This document shows, piece after piece, positions 39,418 through 53,678 of a stretch of 64,000 nt of DNA. The stretch is taken from the NCBI GenBank assembly GCA_951406725.2, contig OX597828.1, positions 28,892,001 to 28,956,000 on the forward strand. The letters run 5' to 3'. The notes beneath the pieces are model-generated. The model did not search any database and was not told the origin of the DNA. It was given only the letters and a program-made list of their open reading frames with translations. How positions within the stretch are numbered: position 1 is the first letter of the stretch; each line of letters begins with the position of its first letter. Source of the DNA: Octopus vulgaris (Eukaryota). The translations under genes were made by a program, and so were the position numbers.

Positions 39418-40258
39418 GAGAAAGAAAGAAAGAAAGAGAGAAAGAAAGAAAGAAAGAAATATATATATATATATTGGTGTGTGTAGACACATACACACAT
39501 ACACACGTAAACACATTCACACACATGCACACATACATACATATACATACAACTTCCTCATATTTTTACTGATTCGAACTTAACAAAGCAAACAGAAAAG
39601 AGCTAGCAGCGTAGCGGAGTGAAATACGCGGGGTTCGACTGTAAAGACGACGCCATATTTGTTTCGAAAAAAAAACAAAGTTAATACTCGAGGCTTCCAT
39701 CTGAGCAAGTATAATAAAAAAATAATTTATAAAGTAATAAAGAAAAATATTTAAAAATAATTGAGTAAAACTAAATAAAATTTGTGACAAATTTTATAAA
39801 TTCATATAAACAGGAAATTATCAATCATTTGATAAGCTTAATTACGGAAAATTAATCAGGTTAGATCAGGTGTAAATTTAATTTCAGTTGAATATAAACC
39901 GGAAGATATCACAGTAGGTTTTATACGAAGTAAAAAGCAAGTCACTGAGATTGGATACAATCGCCTTATCTGAGTTCTTTCAAACATTTCCGGTTGACTG
40001 AATAAATAATTTAGTAAAGCGATGTGATTTTCTAATCCTTCTAACTTGAACATTAATTAAATATTCGAAACGAAAACGTGGTATGTGTAATTTTACCGAT
40101 GGTGTTCAGTTGATTAAGTAAACGAATATCTATCTGCATTGCATTGAATCGAATTTATTTATACACAAGTAAAATCAAGTTCGTATAAATTTGTTGCGGA
40201 AAAATGCAAAATGAAGGCATGACATTAATCTGTTAGGTCTGTGGTTGAAGCATATACG

Positions 40259-40315
<57 letters not shown>

Positions 40316-40320
40316 TGATG

Positions 40321-40383
<63 letters not shown>

Positions 40384-40385
40384 TG

Positions 40386-40461
<76 letters not shown>

Positions 40462-40511
40462 TGATAATAATGATAATAATGATAATGCTAATAATAATAA
40501 TAATAATAATA

Positions 40512-40703
40512 ATTTTCGAGCACCTTCTGGAATGTTCGAGCAGTTCCAAGCATTGCTGTTTTCTGCTCCACCCTTATTGCAGCTCCTATTTGTTCCACGT
40601 ACTTCTCGAGATTTTTGCTCGCTGTTCCCAGGACTCCGACAATTATTACCTTTTTCATCGACCACAACTGCTTAACTTCCCAAGCTAACCTGTCATATCT
40701 CTC
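40512..40703 (-). pseudogene. R4/Dong-like LINE RLE C-terminus (family 1)
   Basis: RYDRLAWEVKQLWSMKKVIIVGVLGTASKNLEKYVEQIG...QKTAMLGTARTFQKVLE; bounded by (TAA)n. Confidence 0.78.
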
Positions 40704-40805
40704 GAAAAATAAGAGGTGTTATCTTAGTTCACTGGTAGTGAACAGCTGACACCGTAGTTCATCTCCAGCGTTAGAAGATATGCAATGGCAATAATAATAA
40801 TAATG

Positions 40806-40864
<59 letters not shown>

Positions 40865-40867
<3 letters not shown>

Positions 40868-41232
40868 GACCTACTCATTGAAATTGAGAAAATGTGGCAT
40901 CTCAAGGCGGTTACAATACCAGTGATCGTAGGAGCACTAGGAATGATCAAGAAGGGAACCGAAAATTATATGAGAATGATCCCTGGCTTACCATCCCTGC
41001 AAGAAGTGCAAAAGATTGTCTTAACTGGTACATCACATGTATTGAGAAGAGCATTGTCGATGTGAGAATTGTTGCTGCTCATGTATTTTAATTTAACTAA
41101 AAAAAAAAAAAAAAATGAACGAACTATTGAGTTTGATTTAATGGCCTACCAATGTATACTATGAGTTTCTTTGCCCTAGGAGTCGGGAAGACACTCGGCA
41201 AGAAATGGAAGCAAATTTGAAAGAAGAAAAAT
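40865..41232 (+). mobile_element. R4/Dong-like LINE 3' end (family 2)
   Basis: KDLLIEIEKMWHLKAVTIPVIVGALGMIKKGTENY...QKIVLTGTSHVLRRALSM* plus 3' UTR; (TAA)n on both sides. Confidence 0.85.
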
Positions 41233-41258
41233 GATAATAATAATAATAATTTATTATA

Positions 41259-41325
<67 letters not shown>

Positions 41326-41890
41326 GAAAAAGATTACATCTCACTCCTCTGGAACTTCACCATTCAAACTGACAGAAAGATAGATGCGAATAGGCCAGAC
41401 ATCATATTGAAAGACTTCAGACAAAAATCATGCCTCCTCATTGATATAACTGTCCCAATCGATATAAACGTATCTGTCAAGACCTACCAAAAACTGAGCA
41501 AATATAAAGATCTTGAAATAGAAATTGGCAAAATGTGGAACCTGAAGACTAAAACAATACCTGTTGTCATACCTGAGAATGATAGCAAAAGACTGCTACC
41601 TAGCTCAGATACCAGGAAACCCCCAAAATGGCAGAAATTTAACAGATAGTGCTCATGGGAACTGCCCATATCTTACGCAAAATACTTTCTATGTAATCTC
41701 AAGTTTTAAAACCAACATAATTTTCTTATGGTTTCTTAAACATTCTCTAGAACAACACTATGTACAAAACTAAATATATGGCACCCTAGGCATAATACCA
41801 ACATGAACTTCCAACCTGTTGTCTCTTGAGGTCTCTGGGGCAGACTTGGAGCCAACTTGTATAAATGTAAAGCAAACGTCAAACATAAAA
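41326..41890 (+). mobile_element. R4/Dong-like LINE 3' end (family 3) with RLE PD-(D/E)xK core
   Basis: LLWNFTIQTDRKIDANRPDIILKD...LLIDITVP...KLSKYKDLEIEIGKMW...IPVVI; 3' UTR runs into (TAA)n. Confidence 0.88.
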
Positions 41891-41894
41891 TAAC

Positions 41895-41945
<51 letters not shown>

Positions 41946-42342
41946 CCTTTCTACTGGAAGCACAAGGCCTCAAATTTGGAGGAAGGGTTTAAATCGATTA
42001 CATCGACCCCAGTGCGTAGCTGGTACTTATTTAATCGACCCCGAAAGGATGAAAGGCAAAGTTGACCTCGGCGGAATTTGAACTCAGAACGTAGCGGCAG
42101 ACGAAATACCTATTTCTTTACTACCTACAAGGGGCTAAACACAGAGAGGACAAACAATGACAGACAAATGGATTAAGTCGATTATATCGACTCCAGTGCA
42201 TAACTGGTACTTATTTAATTGACCCCGAAAGGATGAAAGGCAAAGTCGACCTCGGCGGAATTTGAACTCAGAACGTAGCGGCAGACGAAATACCACTAAG
42301 CATTTCGCCCGGCGTGATAACATTTCTGCCAGCTCGACGCCT
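41946..42342 (-). mobile_element. SINE family B dimer: head + core/tail 1 + core/tail 2
   Basis: Same AAAGAAATA|GGTATTTCG junction (42110/42111) as the 7183-7947 array; (ATT)n tail. Confidence 0.9.
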
Positions 42343-42400
<58 letters not shown>

Positions 42401-42423
42401 TAATAATAATAATAATAATAATA

Positions 42424-43456
42424 ATACCAAGAACACTCAGAGAGTGCAAACGTCCACCGAGGCAACACCAACGTCCTCTCAACGATTAACCAGAGATGAT
42501 TTTTTAAATGAGAATATCTGAAATAAACTCGACTACTCTCACAAACGAGAATACTAAAAATGAACCCGACTACTCTCAAAAATTAATTTAAAAAATCAGA
42601 AAAATAATACAGAATCCTTCTCCGATACCGGATCTATCACAATGGTAGTCATGGAATTTGAAGGTGGGTGTGCAGGTCGTGTTTGTAATGCTGTGTGTGT
42701 CTGCAATGGAATCTGGGATAGTTTTCTCTATGAAGGCCTTTTTTTAGTCTATCCACTGATAGTGATTTTACGACTATTAAGGTCTATAGTAAAAAATTTA
42801 TCCGTGCATGAAAGAAAACGGAAAGGATCTGCATACAGTGTTGATAACGGAGGTTTAACAACATCGTTGCGCTCAAAAACATGAGCCCAAGAAGTAAAGC
42901 TTCCTTCAAGGCAGAACTAGAAATGCGATTGTCAAGTAGGTTAGAGGTTTTAAACAGGAGTGTTATATTCAAGATTGATAAAACTAAAATTTATTATTGT
43001 TACTGAATATGTTAGTGTTATTTAATTTCTGAACGGTTTTGCTGCCGTTTGTTTATGTAGTTTGATTTCTTTATCCATCAGTTTCTACTAAGATAGAGAC
43101 GCGAGTAAAATTAATAATAGAGAAAAGAAAAGAAAACTTTGGAAATAACAACGCCGCCATAGCTTACGTGGAAACCATAGACGTGCTGTCAAGGAAGATA
43201 ATCAGAGAAAGACTTGAAAGTCAACGTAAGATCGTAATACGTCATGTAAAATAAAGTAAGTATAACAAATAATCCAGAATCCTTGTCCGGCACCGGATCG
43301 ATCTCCAAATCTAATCAGTTCGTGCTAGGCACAAGGTTAAAAATCTCTGAAAGTTTCATCCGAATCCATCCAGCGGTTCTTGAGATATCTTGTCCACGGA
43401 CAAATAAACAAACACGACTGAAAAATAATACCTCCGCCTTCGCTAAGGCGAAGGTA
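42424..43456 (+). mobile_element. Helentron/HINE-like non-autonomous element (composite)
   Basis: 5' ACCAAGAACACTCAGAGAGTGCAAACGTCCACCGAGGC; 3' hairpin ACCTCCGCCTT-CGCT-AAGGCGAAGGT; repeated internal AGAATCCTT.TCCG..ACCGGATC; flanked by (TAA)n. Confidence 0.55.
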
Positions 43457-43479
43457 ATAATAATAATAATAATAATAAT

Positions 43480-43547
<68 letters not shown>

Positions 43548-44152
43548 CAACAACAACAACAACAACAATAACAAAAACTGGCAGGAGCAGTGGAAATTCC
43601 GTAGTGTAAGCATATTTGAAAACACAAGTAAGGAATTTTTAAAATTTCTTTTGAAATCCTGCCATTTAATCAAATCTGTCAAATATTGAAATGAGCTTAA
43701 AAGGTTTTGACTTATTTTCCTTCTTTTAATATGTTTGATAGATACGATGTGCTTTATAGTTTAAGGAAATAAAAGATGATACACTTTTTTACGGTCCAAC
43801 CACAATTATTTAGCAAGTGAGATTATTTTCATTTCTTTTACTTTTTTTTTTATTCATTATTCCCAAGAGTAGTTAAATCAATTACCAAAAACCTTATTCT
43901 TATCACAGGAACAATACTATCCACATAATGTGCTTAGTTTAATGTGTACTCAGCCACCGAGAACTAAGACTCTTGGCTATAAGCACAGCACGTCACTAGT
44001 CAATACCAGGACTCGAAACACGGACTCGTAAGTTGTATGTTTGTTTCTCTAATTACTCGATTAGTTGCCTGGTTCCCTAACGACTCAGTGAGCTGTTAAT
44101 TTGTATACTAATTACTCAGTTGTCTGGTTTCCCAATTACTAAGTTATATATA

Positions 44153-44570
44153 GGCGCAGGAGTGGCTGTGTGGTAAGTAGCTTGCCAACCAACCACCTGG
44201 TTCCGGGTTCAGTCCCACTGCGTGGTATCTTGGGCAAGTGTCTTCTGCTATAGCCCCGGGCCGACCAATGCCTTGTGAGTGGATTTGGTAGACGGAAACT
44301 GAAAGAAGCCTGTCGTATATATGCATATATATATAGGTGTGTGTGTATATGTTTGTTTGTCTGTGTTTGTCCCCCCAGCATTGCTTGACAACCGATGCTG
44401 GTGTGTTTACGTCCCCGTCACTTAGCGGTTCGGCAAAAGAGACCGATATAATAAGTACTGAGCTTACAAAGAATTAGTCCCGGGGTCGATTTGCTCGACT
44501 AAAGGCGGTGCTCCAGCATGGCCGCAGTAAAATGACTGAAACAAGTAAAAGAGTAAAAGAGTAAAGAGTA
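44153..44570 (+). mobile_element. SINE family A, full length
   Basis: Complete head, body and (GTAAAAGA)n tail; lies within a degenerate ~24-bp minisatellite (AATTACTCAGTTG.CTGGT.TCCC, ~44050-44970). Confidence 0.92.
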
Positions 44571-44609
44571 TATATATATATTGCTTCTCTCCTGGTTTTT
44601 TACTGTGTA

Positions 44610-44647
44610 TCTTTCTGTCGAAGAGCGTAGGCTCGAAACGTAAAAGA
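44610..44647 (+). ncRNA. Minimal hammerhead-like motif with A6U core variant (family H3)
   Basis: UCUUU CUGUCGA A GAGC-GUAG-GCUC GAAAC GUA AAAGA; helices I and II perfect; within a ~165-bp element flanked by (TA)n. Confidence 0.6.
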
Positions 44648-45339
44648 CTTGTTCTATTTCTATTCCTGAGTGCCATACTAATACATTTGTTTGTTTGTAC
44701 TCCACCTGCCTTCGTCATTTGTTTATTTTCGTAAACCTTCCCGTTATATATATATATATATATACCTACATATACTTACATATACATACAAACAGGCACG
44801 CACACACAAACATACCTGATATTCTAATTACTCAGAAGTTATCAGGTATACTTAATACTCAGTTACCTAGTATCCCATAATCCAATCAATTGCTAGGTAT
44901 ACCAAAAAAAACTCAGTCGGTCGTCTAGCATTTCAATTACTCGTTTGCCTGGCGTCCTATACTCTCAGTCTATTAACCCAATGATTTACTCAAAATCAGA
45001 ATCGAAGGAAACATCGAAATATTTACTTTAAGCAACAGAACGGTGGATATGAGAAAGCCACTCAAGGATAATACCGCTGTATTTGGCGTTCTAACAAGAC
45101 ATCTACATTAAGTTGGATACAAGGATTGACTTTTGGTACTAATACTGGTTTCTTCGCAAACAATTACACACACACTCACACGCATGATATATATATATAT
45201 ATATATACATATATGTAAATGCAACATATATACACGTATACATATATGTGTGTGTGTGTATATGTTGCATACATGCATAGATATATGTATATTTACACAA
45301 TATATAAGGTATACATAATTTATAATAATATATAATACA

Positions 45340-46478
45340 TTGGATTGTCGACTAAATTCTTTCGTTTCTTTCCAATATTACGCGAATTGACACAAACAAA
45401 AATATTTTTATTGTTGTATTTTATGGTTTTATTTGTAGTTCTCTTCTACAACTTTTGTTTATAGTCTTTGCAATTTGTATAAACTTTATCTCTTTTCAGA
45501 TATATAGCGATGGAGTTCCAAGTAGATAATGGTGAGCATTTTCGACACCTGCTCCTCTTCATTTTCAATCAAAGTTATGAAACTGCCAAAGCTGTTCGAA
45601 ACATTTGTACTGTGTACGGAGAAAGCGCCATTATTGAAGGAACTGCACAGAGATGGCTTTAATTTTTCAAGGAGGGGAAATTCGACCGCGCAGATTCTCC
45701 ACGTTCCGGTTAACCTCTTCAGCTCAACGAAGATCTGCGCCGATCCAAAGGTCATTGGCCCAGCAGGTGGCATGCTCTCATATTACTATCACCCCGATAC
45801 TTTCAGTCGGCGGATAAGGTCCAATAACTTGGTACATGAGTACCAGATGATCTGAAGGAAACAGACAAACTCCTCCAGCGCTCCTCTATCGCCGCTAGAT
45901 TGCTCACCCGACATCAGACTACTCGTGGACACAAACAGATATTTCTTTACTGCATCGTCAGCGGCGATAAAAAATGGTGTCTTTACGTCAATATGAAACA
46001 AGTCAGAGCTTTATCCACGCAGACAATCATTTGCTGTGATTGGGAAGGGCTAATCCATTACAAACCGCTTGAAAGCAACTACAGAGTCAATGTAGAGATT
46101 CACGTTCAACAAACAGACCAGCTCAACGAGGCAATACAACTGAAATCAACCGACCGACAACGCTCGCTCCCACATCGCTCATTTGACCAGATATACTGCT
46201 CATGAGTTCGGTTCGTGCCTTCAGATTATCACCCTTTTCAGTCTCCCCACCCCAACGGTCTGCGAAGCGTTTTGTTCAAAAACGAATATGAAACTGGAAA
46301 CGAGGCTCGATGAAATCTTCGTAGCAAGGCCCGATGTTGTCTACTGTTAAGGTATTGACAAAGCAGTCGAACGCTGGCTACAAGGGGTAAAGAATGAAGG
46401 CGAATATATTACTGACCGATTAGTTAAAATGGTTGATGACAAATACAGACTAAAATAAACAGGAAAAAATGAACGAAT
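45340..46478 (+). mobile_element. Decayed mariner transposon (second family)
   Basis: From 45510: MEFQVDNGEHFRHLLLFIFNQ..TAKAVRNICTVYGE..TAQRW; IVSGDKKWCLYVN; CCDWEGLIHY; PSDYHPFQS; ERW...KNEGEY; many frameshifts and deletions. Confidence 0.85.
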
Positions 46479-46960
46479 ATATATATATATATGTATATAT
46501 ACCCCTCTGCGAGGCAATTTTATTTTAATTCTCTCGCAGGAAGGACTATTTGACGAGTCGTGTCCTGTCTTGCCTTCGAAACACGCTTGAGTCTGCTAGT
46601 GACAGCTGATGATTGGGGATTTTTCCTTGTGTAGTATGTCCTGTACCTTGTTTTTCTGTCGTAAAAAATAATGTTTTTCCCGTTTTCGTTTCTCGTTGAG
46701 TTCCACGTCTCTGTTTTTTTGTTGTAAAAAAATGGCTTTTCCGTTTTTGTTTTTCGTTGAGTTTTACGTCTAGTTGTGGTGTCCTTTACTCACGTATATA
46801 TATTTATATATGCATGTATATATACATGTAGATGTAGGTACGTACATATATGTTTGTATGTATGCATATATTTTATTTATTACATTATTGTCTGACAGCG
46901 CGTTCGCGTCGGGTTCGTTTCGATTTGTCGCTTCGTTCCATTTCTCTTCCTCCCAGTATT

Positions 46961-47160
<200 letters not shown>

Positions 47161-47652
47161 TACTAGAGAATGAGACAAAACAATGTTGTAAGACCGCCTG
47201 CGGCATTTCGGTGCTGTCTCTGCAGTTAGTCATATAGCTGTGCTAACCGCCACACCAAGGCGACGATGTTACAACAATTGCTCGTCTTTATACAGAACTT
47301 AAACCAACTAACTACGATGACGCATGAGTGACCTGTCGACGGAGACTTTAGACCTCACGCCATAAAATATTGTATTATATTTAGAATGGAAACGGACGAA
47401 AAAATTTCTACTAGCGGTTCTGCTGCAAACTACGCAGTGATACTATCATCATTACCAAAGCCGCATACCAAAGCTGCATTGTAACGCCAACCTAATAAAC
47501 TAAACAAAACAAATGCGCTGATATATTTGTAATCTGTGAACGGGTCTCCGGTATCTATCAAAGTAAATTACTATATTTCATATTATAGACAGAAAAAAAT
47601 TGTTACATCGCGGCAGGATTCGAGCGCGGCGTAATGTGCTGTATTTTTTTTT

Positions 47653-47848
47653 CCTCTTTTATATGTTTCAGTCATTTGACTGCGGCCATGCTGTAGCACC
47701 GCCTTTAGTCGAGCAAATCGACCCCCAGGACTTATTCTTTGTAAGCCCAGTACTTATTCTATCGGTCTGTTTTGCCGAACCGCTAATTGACAGGGACGTA
47801 AACACACCAGCATCGGTTGTCAGGCAATGCTAGGGGGGCCAAACACAG

Positions 47849-47881
<33 letters not shown>

Positions 47882-48077
47882 CATATATATATACATATAT
47901 ATATACATATATACGACGGGCTTCTTTGAGTTTCCTTCTACCAAATCCACTCAAAAGGCTTTGGTCGGCCCGAGGCTATAGCAGAAGACACTCGCCCAAG
48001 GTGCCACGCAGTGGGACTGAACCCGGAACCATGTGGTTGGTAAGCAAGCTACTTACCACACAGCCACTCCTGCGCCT
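47653..48077 (-). mobile_element. SINE family A, full length
   Basis: Reverse complement of the 44153-44570 family. Confidence 0.92.
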
Positions 48078-48096
48078 GTGTACGTAGTTTGCGGTT

Positions 48097-48297
48097 GCTA
48101 GCTGGTAGTATCGTTAGCACGGCGATCAAAATGTTAAGCGGCATTTCGTCCGTCTTTACGTTCTGAGTTCAAATCCTGCTGAGAGCGACTTTGTCTTTCG
48201 TCATTTCGAAGCCAACAAAATATGTACCAGTTGCGCACTGGGGTCGGTGTAAACCTCCACCGAGATTGCTGGTATTGTGCCAAAATTTGAAACCAAT
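48097..48297 (+). mobile_element. SINE family B, diverged
   Basis: GCTGGTAGTATCGTTAGCAC head; TTCTGAGTTCAAATCC..GACTTTGTCTTTC core. Confidence 0.75.
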
Positions 48298-48846
48298 ATG
48301 TATGTATATATATACGTATGTATGTATGTACGTATGTATATATATATATATATATCTGTATATCTAGTTATTTATACATTATACACACAGACACACACAT
48401 ATATATACACACAGACACAAACATACCGATGCACACTCATATATACATGTATGAACATATTTGTGATATAGTCACGCACAGACGCGCGCACGCGCGCACG
48501 CACACGCATAATCACACACACGCACATTCTCACACCTACATATTTATCCACACGTATCTACATGGAGATAGCGTTTTAAAAAGTTGTTCCAATAGAACAT
48601 TAAGTTTTAAAATGAAGAAAGAAAAATCGGACATTTTGAAAGAAAAAAAATCATATGAAATTAACTAAAAAAATAGGGAAGAAAAAGGATGTATATATAA
48701 ATAGATTTGTATAAATATAAATACTAAATATAAATATGTCTAAATATTAAAAATTAGAAGGAATGAAAAGCAATACTTTTTAGAATAGGAAAGTTTAAAA
48801 TTTGTTGAACAATAAACAGAAATCAATGCCTATATTTTATATGAAA

Positions 48847-48887
<41 letters not shown>

Positions 48888-48899
48888 GTGTGTGTGTGT

Positions 48900-49101
<202 letters not shown>

Positions 49102-49496
49102 TGTATGTATTTATAAGTGTTTGTCTGCTTGCGTGCCTGCCTATGTGTTTTTCTCTATATAAAATCAAGGAAAACAAATATTGGCTTATTAACAATGGTT
49201 AAATAAAAACAAGGAGGGTAGTGAATAAAGAATGGATACTTTTTTTTTTAAAAAACTATCATTCTGTTGTGTTGTTTTTTTTTTGTTGTTTTTGTTTTGC
49301 TCTATTTTTCTTTGTATTTACCTTTTGAAATTACATGTAGGAAAAATAATCTAATGGTCGTGAAAATTGAAAATAACAAAGGGAGTGAAATACGATTAAA
49401 AAATTGATATTTGGAAATAACTTTTCTTTACAATAATGATGAAAAAATAAGTTTTCAACTAGAAGTCAATAAGGAGTAAATGAAAATGAGAACTGA

Positions 49497-49588
<92 letters not shown>

Positions 49589-49694
49589 TAATAATAATAA
49601 ATAAATAAATAAATAAATAAATGATTGAAAATGAATAACAGTATATAAAGCTAAATACCATAACAACAAGAGTGTAAACAATATTAACCAGGAA

Positions 49695-50105
49695 AGAAGC
49701 GGAAATAGCCTAGCAGTGCCCCTTGGCGGTCAAAATCCCAAATAAGGTTTGATAACGATAGACAAGGAGAAAATATCAGTAACAAAGGAAAACAGAAAAG
49801 AAAGTCGTCACTTCCGGTTAGGAGATCTTTGTCGTGATAACATAATCGGGAGAGCGACCACTACAACACAGAGAAGACGACGAAAAATCTTCACAATCAA
49901 GATGTGGACATTTTTTTTTTCTTCCTCAGATGTGAACTGTGGTAGCGAGACTGTGAAAAGGAAACCCGCCTGTAGCCATTAATTCTTCAATAAAGGCATT
50001 CGGTTTTTGCTAAATAATGATATTCTGTAGCGTGGCATATTACATTCTTTATATTTCTATTCAGCAACCAAGGACTCGTCCTTATCCCTCCCGACGCCAT
50101 CTTTC
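49695..50105. promoter_or_regulatory. Candidate cis-regulatory island (CTCF-like, ETS and YY1 motifs)
   Basis: Non-repetitive stretch with CCGCCAAGGGGCAC (minus, ~49716-49729), CACTTCCGG (~49809) and AAGATGGCG (minus, 50095-50103). Motif matches only. Confidence 0.3.
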
Positions 50106-50474
50106 TTTCTTTCCCTTCATTTATTTGTTTATTTAATTATTAGCGTAACGCGGAAGAAAGAGAGTGGAGAAGGAGAGAAAGAAAATTTAATCCTCTTTTT
50201 ACTCGAAGCCATTATTATGCTTAAATAGCAGACGAATACACAAATACCCGTAGACCCTATCGAGCCAAGTATAATATGTGTGCGAGTGAGTGTGCGCGTA
50301 TCAGATATCATATTATAGTATATATATATATGTGCATATCTATATATATGTACGTGCATGTAAACATACATTTGCATGCACATACATGAACACACATATA
50401 TACATACATGCATACATATACATTATATATGCACATACAAATATACATTTATACATACATACATATATATATAA

Positions 50475-50511
<37 letters not shown>

Positions 50512-50561
50512 CACATATATGTAAATATATATATATACATATGTATATATAAATATATACG

Positions 50562-50593
<32 letters not shown>

Positions 50594-50677
50594 GGTATAT
50601 ATACATACATACATACACACATATATATACATATGCATATGTATATGTATATATGTATATATGTATATGTCTATGTG

Positions 50678-50716
<39 letters not shown>

Positions 50717-51146
50717 GTAGGTATATATGTATGTTTACATATCAGTGTATAGATACAAGAGGTTTATAATTGTGTAATGACGTTTACAATATTTAACTCT
50801 GAGTAACAGGCTGACAGCGAATACAAGATTGAGAGGCTCACAGATAGCCATGCACTGTCGTTTATCTAAAGATTATAACTTACACATACACGTGCGTGTA
50901 TTCTTTTATTCTTTTACTTGCTTCAGTCATTTGACTGCGGCCATGCTGGAGCACCGCCTTTAGTCGAACACATCGATCCTAGTCGAACAGATGGATGAAT
51001 AAATAGAATAGATACGTATATGCATGCATATGTATGTTTGTGTGTGTGTGTGTGTATGCATATCCGTGTATGTGTTATATATATGTACATATGCATATCT
51101 ATATGTATGTATCTTATATATACAGATATATATTCATACATACATG

Positions 51147-51210
<64 letters not shown>

Positions 51211-51245
51211 TACGTGTGTGTGTTTGTGTGTGTGTGTGTGTGCGT

Positions 51246-51281
<36 letters not shown>

Positions 51282-51289
51282 ATATACTG

Positions 51290-52110
51290 GCTGCTTTTAT
51301 TTGGACCATCTTTGGCCTTGCGGGCAGAAATTTCGAGAAGAGAGAAGCTTTTGAGACTTCTTAGGTTGGGAAAATTAAGCTGGAAAGACGGGAAAACAAA
51401 CGTTGCAAAACTACAAAATCTGAAAGTTCAAAGACATCAGTTGTTGAGATTCAAGTCCAAAAACAGTTCCCGTATTTTAGACATACAACGCACCACGGAT
51501 GGATGGATGGAAACACTCCGTCGGTTACGACGACGAGGGTTCCGGTTGATCCGAATCAACGGAACAGCCTGCTCGTGAAATTAACGTGTAAGTGGCTGAG
51601 CACTCCACAGATATGTGTACCCTTGACGTAGTTCTCGGGGATATTCAGCGTGACACAGAGAGTGACAAGGCCGGCCCCTTGAAATACAGGTACAACAGAA
51701 ACAGGAAGTAAGAGTGAGAGAAAGTTGTGGTGAAAGAGTACAGCAGGGATCACCACCATCCCCTGCCGGAGCCTCGTGGAGCTTTGGGTGTTTTCGCTCA
51801 ATAAACACTCACAACGCCCGGTCTGGGAATCGAAACCGCGATCCTATGACCGCGCGTCCGCTGCCCTAACCACTGGGCCATTGCGCCTCCACTACAACGC
51901 ACCACGACTCACTGCTTAACACCATCCGGGCAGGAATTGTTTGTTGGTGGGGAAGAGAATAAGAGGCCATCAAGGACGTTTGGTGACAGACAACATCGAG
52001 GGATGGACTGGAAACAAGTGCCTGGCTTGCTGTATGCATGCGGCAGAAGACAGAGGGAATCGGAGAGGCATATCTGCTGCATCCCGTGAAACAGGGAGCT
52101 CACCTGACCA
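51290..52110 (+). pseudogene. RTE-group LINE ORF C-terminal fragment, interrupted by a SINE
   Basis: KLSWKDGKTN...YFRHTTHHDSLLNTI...RIRGHQGR..DNIEGWTG matches RTE 3' motifs (SWxDxxTN, YFGH, RGRxR, DNIxxWTG). Confidence 0.65.
51498..51892 (-). mobile_element. SINE family C, full length with 14-bp TSD
   Basis: TSD TACAACGCACCACG at 51484-51497 and 51893-51906; minus-strand head GGAGGCGCAATGGCCCAGTGGTTAGGGC..GGTTTCGATTCCC; (CCAT)n tail. Confidence 0.92.
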
Positions 52111-52309
52111 GTGATGATATGTAGACACACATTGACTTTATAAGTTGTCATAACGAGGTCAGACCAAATGGCGGTATTTGAAAATGATTTTATTTGTGAG
52201 TTTCAGGTGTGCGTAAATACAATAGGAAATGCATCCATTTCGTAAGGCCTACCTCAGTTAAGACATTTATGTACACACATACATGCTTGCATGTACATAC
52301 ATACATACA

Positions 52310-52361
<52 letters not shown>

Positions 52362-52373
52362 TATCTATATATT

Positions 52374-52457
<84 letters not shown>

Positions 52458-53402
52458 CATATACACAAATATTTGTACTTTATTACAGTATGTTATGATC
52501 AACTCGGTTGATTATAACGGAGTTGATTATAACATAACCATAATAAGTAAATAATTAAGCACATGAATGAATATTAAACTAATTCTATGTGATCTTCCCT
52601 TTCTAATGTTGAAAATTGGTATATATACACATTTTATCTATTCTGGTTATAATATCATTTTTAGTAATCTAAAATTTTATCTTCATACAACATAACAATA
52701 TTGTTTATATACAATCATTCATTGTAACACATTGATAATTTTCTCTGTATTAACGTCATAGGTTTTATTAGCGTCTTGCCCCTTTAACTGGTAATTAACA
52801 TCTTGATTTAGAATCTTCCCTTACCCAGCTTCCTTTATAGACAATTACTTATACATTTCCTAAATCCTGACAGTATTTATGACCATACCCAACTGCCAGC
52901 CCACTCCTGCCCTTCATTTTAAACAGACACTGTCCTATAGTCTTAGATTTGGTAGTTGATAAAAAAAGAACTAATAAATTAAATGTGAACCACAATCATT
53001 TACAAGCTATGACCCTAACAAACTTCATACAGTTCTTTGAAGTGTAGTATATTTCGAGCTACAGCCGTAGCAACATGGACCTTTTCTCTCTTCTTGCTCT
53101 ATTTGAGAATTTGAGTAAAATTATATTAATGTGTCCAGCTGATTAAAAATTCTATTTATTTGCGCAGTTGAGGATAGCCCTGCATTTAACTGATGTAATG
53201 ATTGCATTATTCAATTAAATGGAGCCGCTTGAAACGGTCGTACTGCATCACCTCTGAATATCCTGTTGCTTATTTTGATTTTATTCACGTTATTTTGAGT
53301 TACACGGATAATACCGCACTGACTCGCTGCTTCAACTTAAGTACCTAATTCAACTGAATCTCAATTATTTCTCATACATACATACATACATACATACATA
53401 CT

Positions 53403-53493
<91 letters not shown>

Positions 53494-53632
53494 GTATGGA
53501 TATTATATGTATATATACGCACATATACGCATATATACAGATATATACGTGTAAACACATACATACTAATATACGCATGCATATACATACGTGTGACTGA
53601 ATACGTGCGTAGCGTACAGGATTACCAATGTT

Positions 53633-53678
<46 letters not shown>

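Noticed and set aside
46540-46615. TTGACGAG..CGAAAC..CTGATGA segment (similar arrangement at 19520-19580)
   Set aside because: Helices II and III cannot be paired convincingly; at most a decayed pLTR relic.
51815-51892. tRNA-like sequence with A and B boxes (also the heads of SINE A and B)
   Set aside because: It continues directly into a SINE body with tail and TSD; a SINE head, not a tRNA gene.
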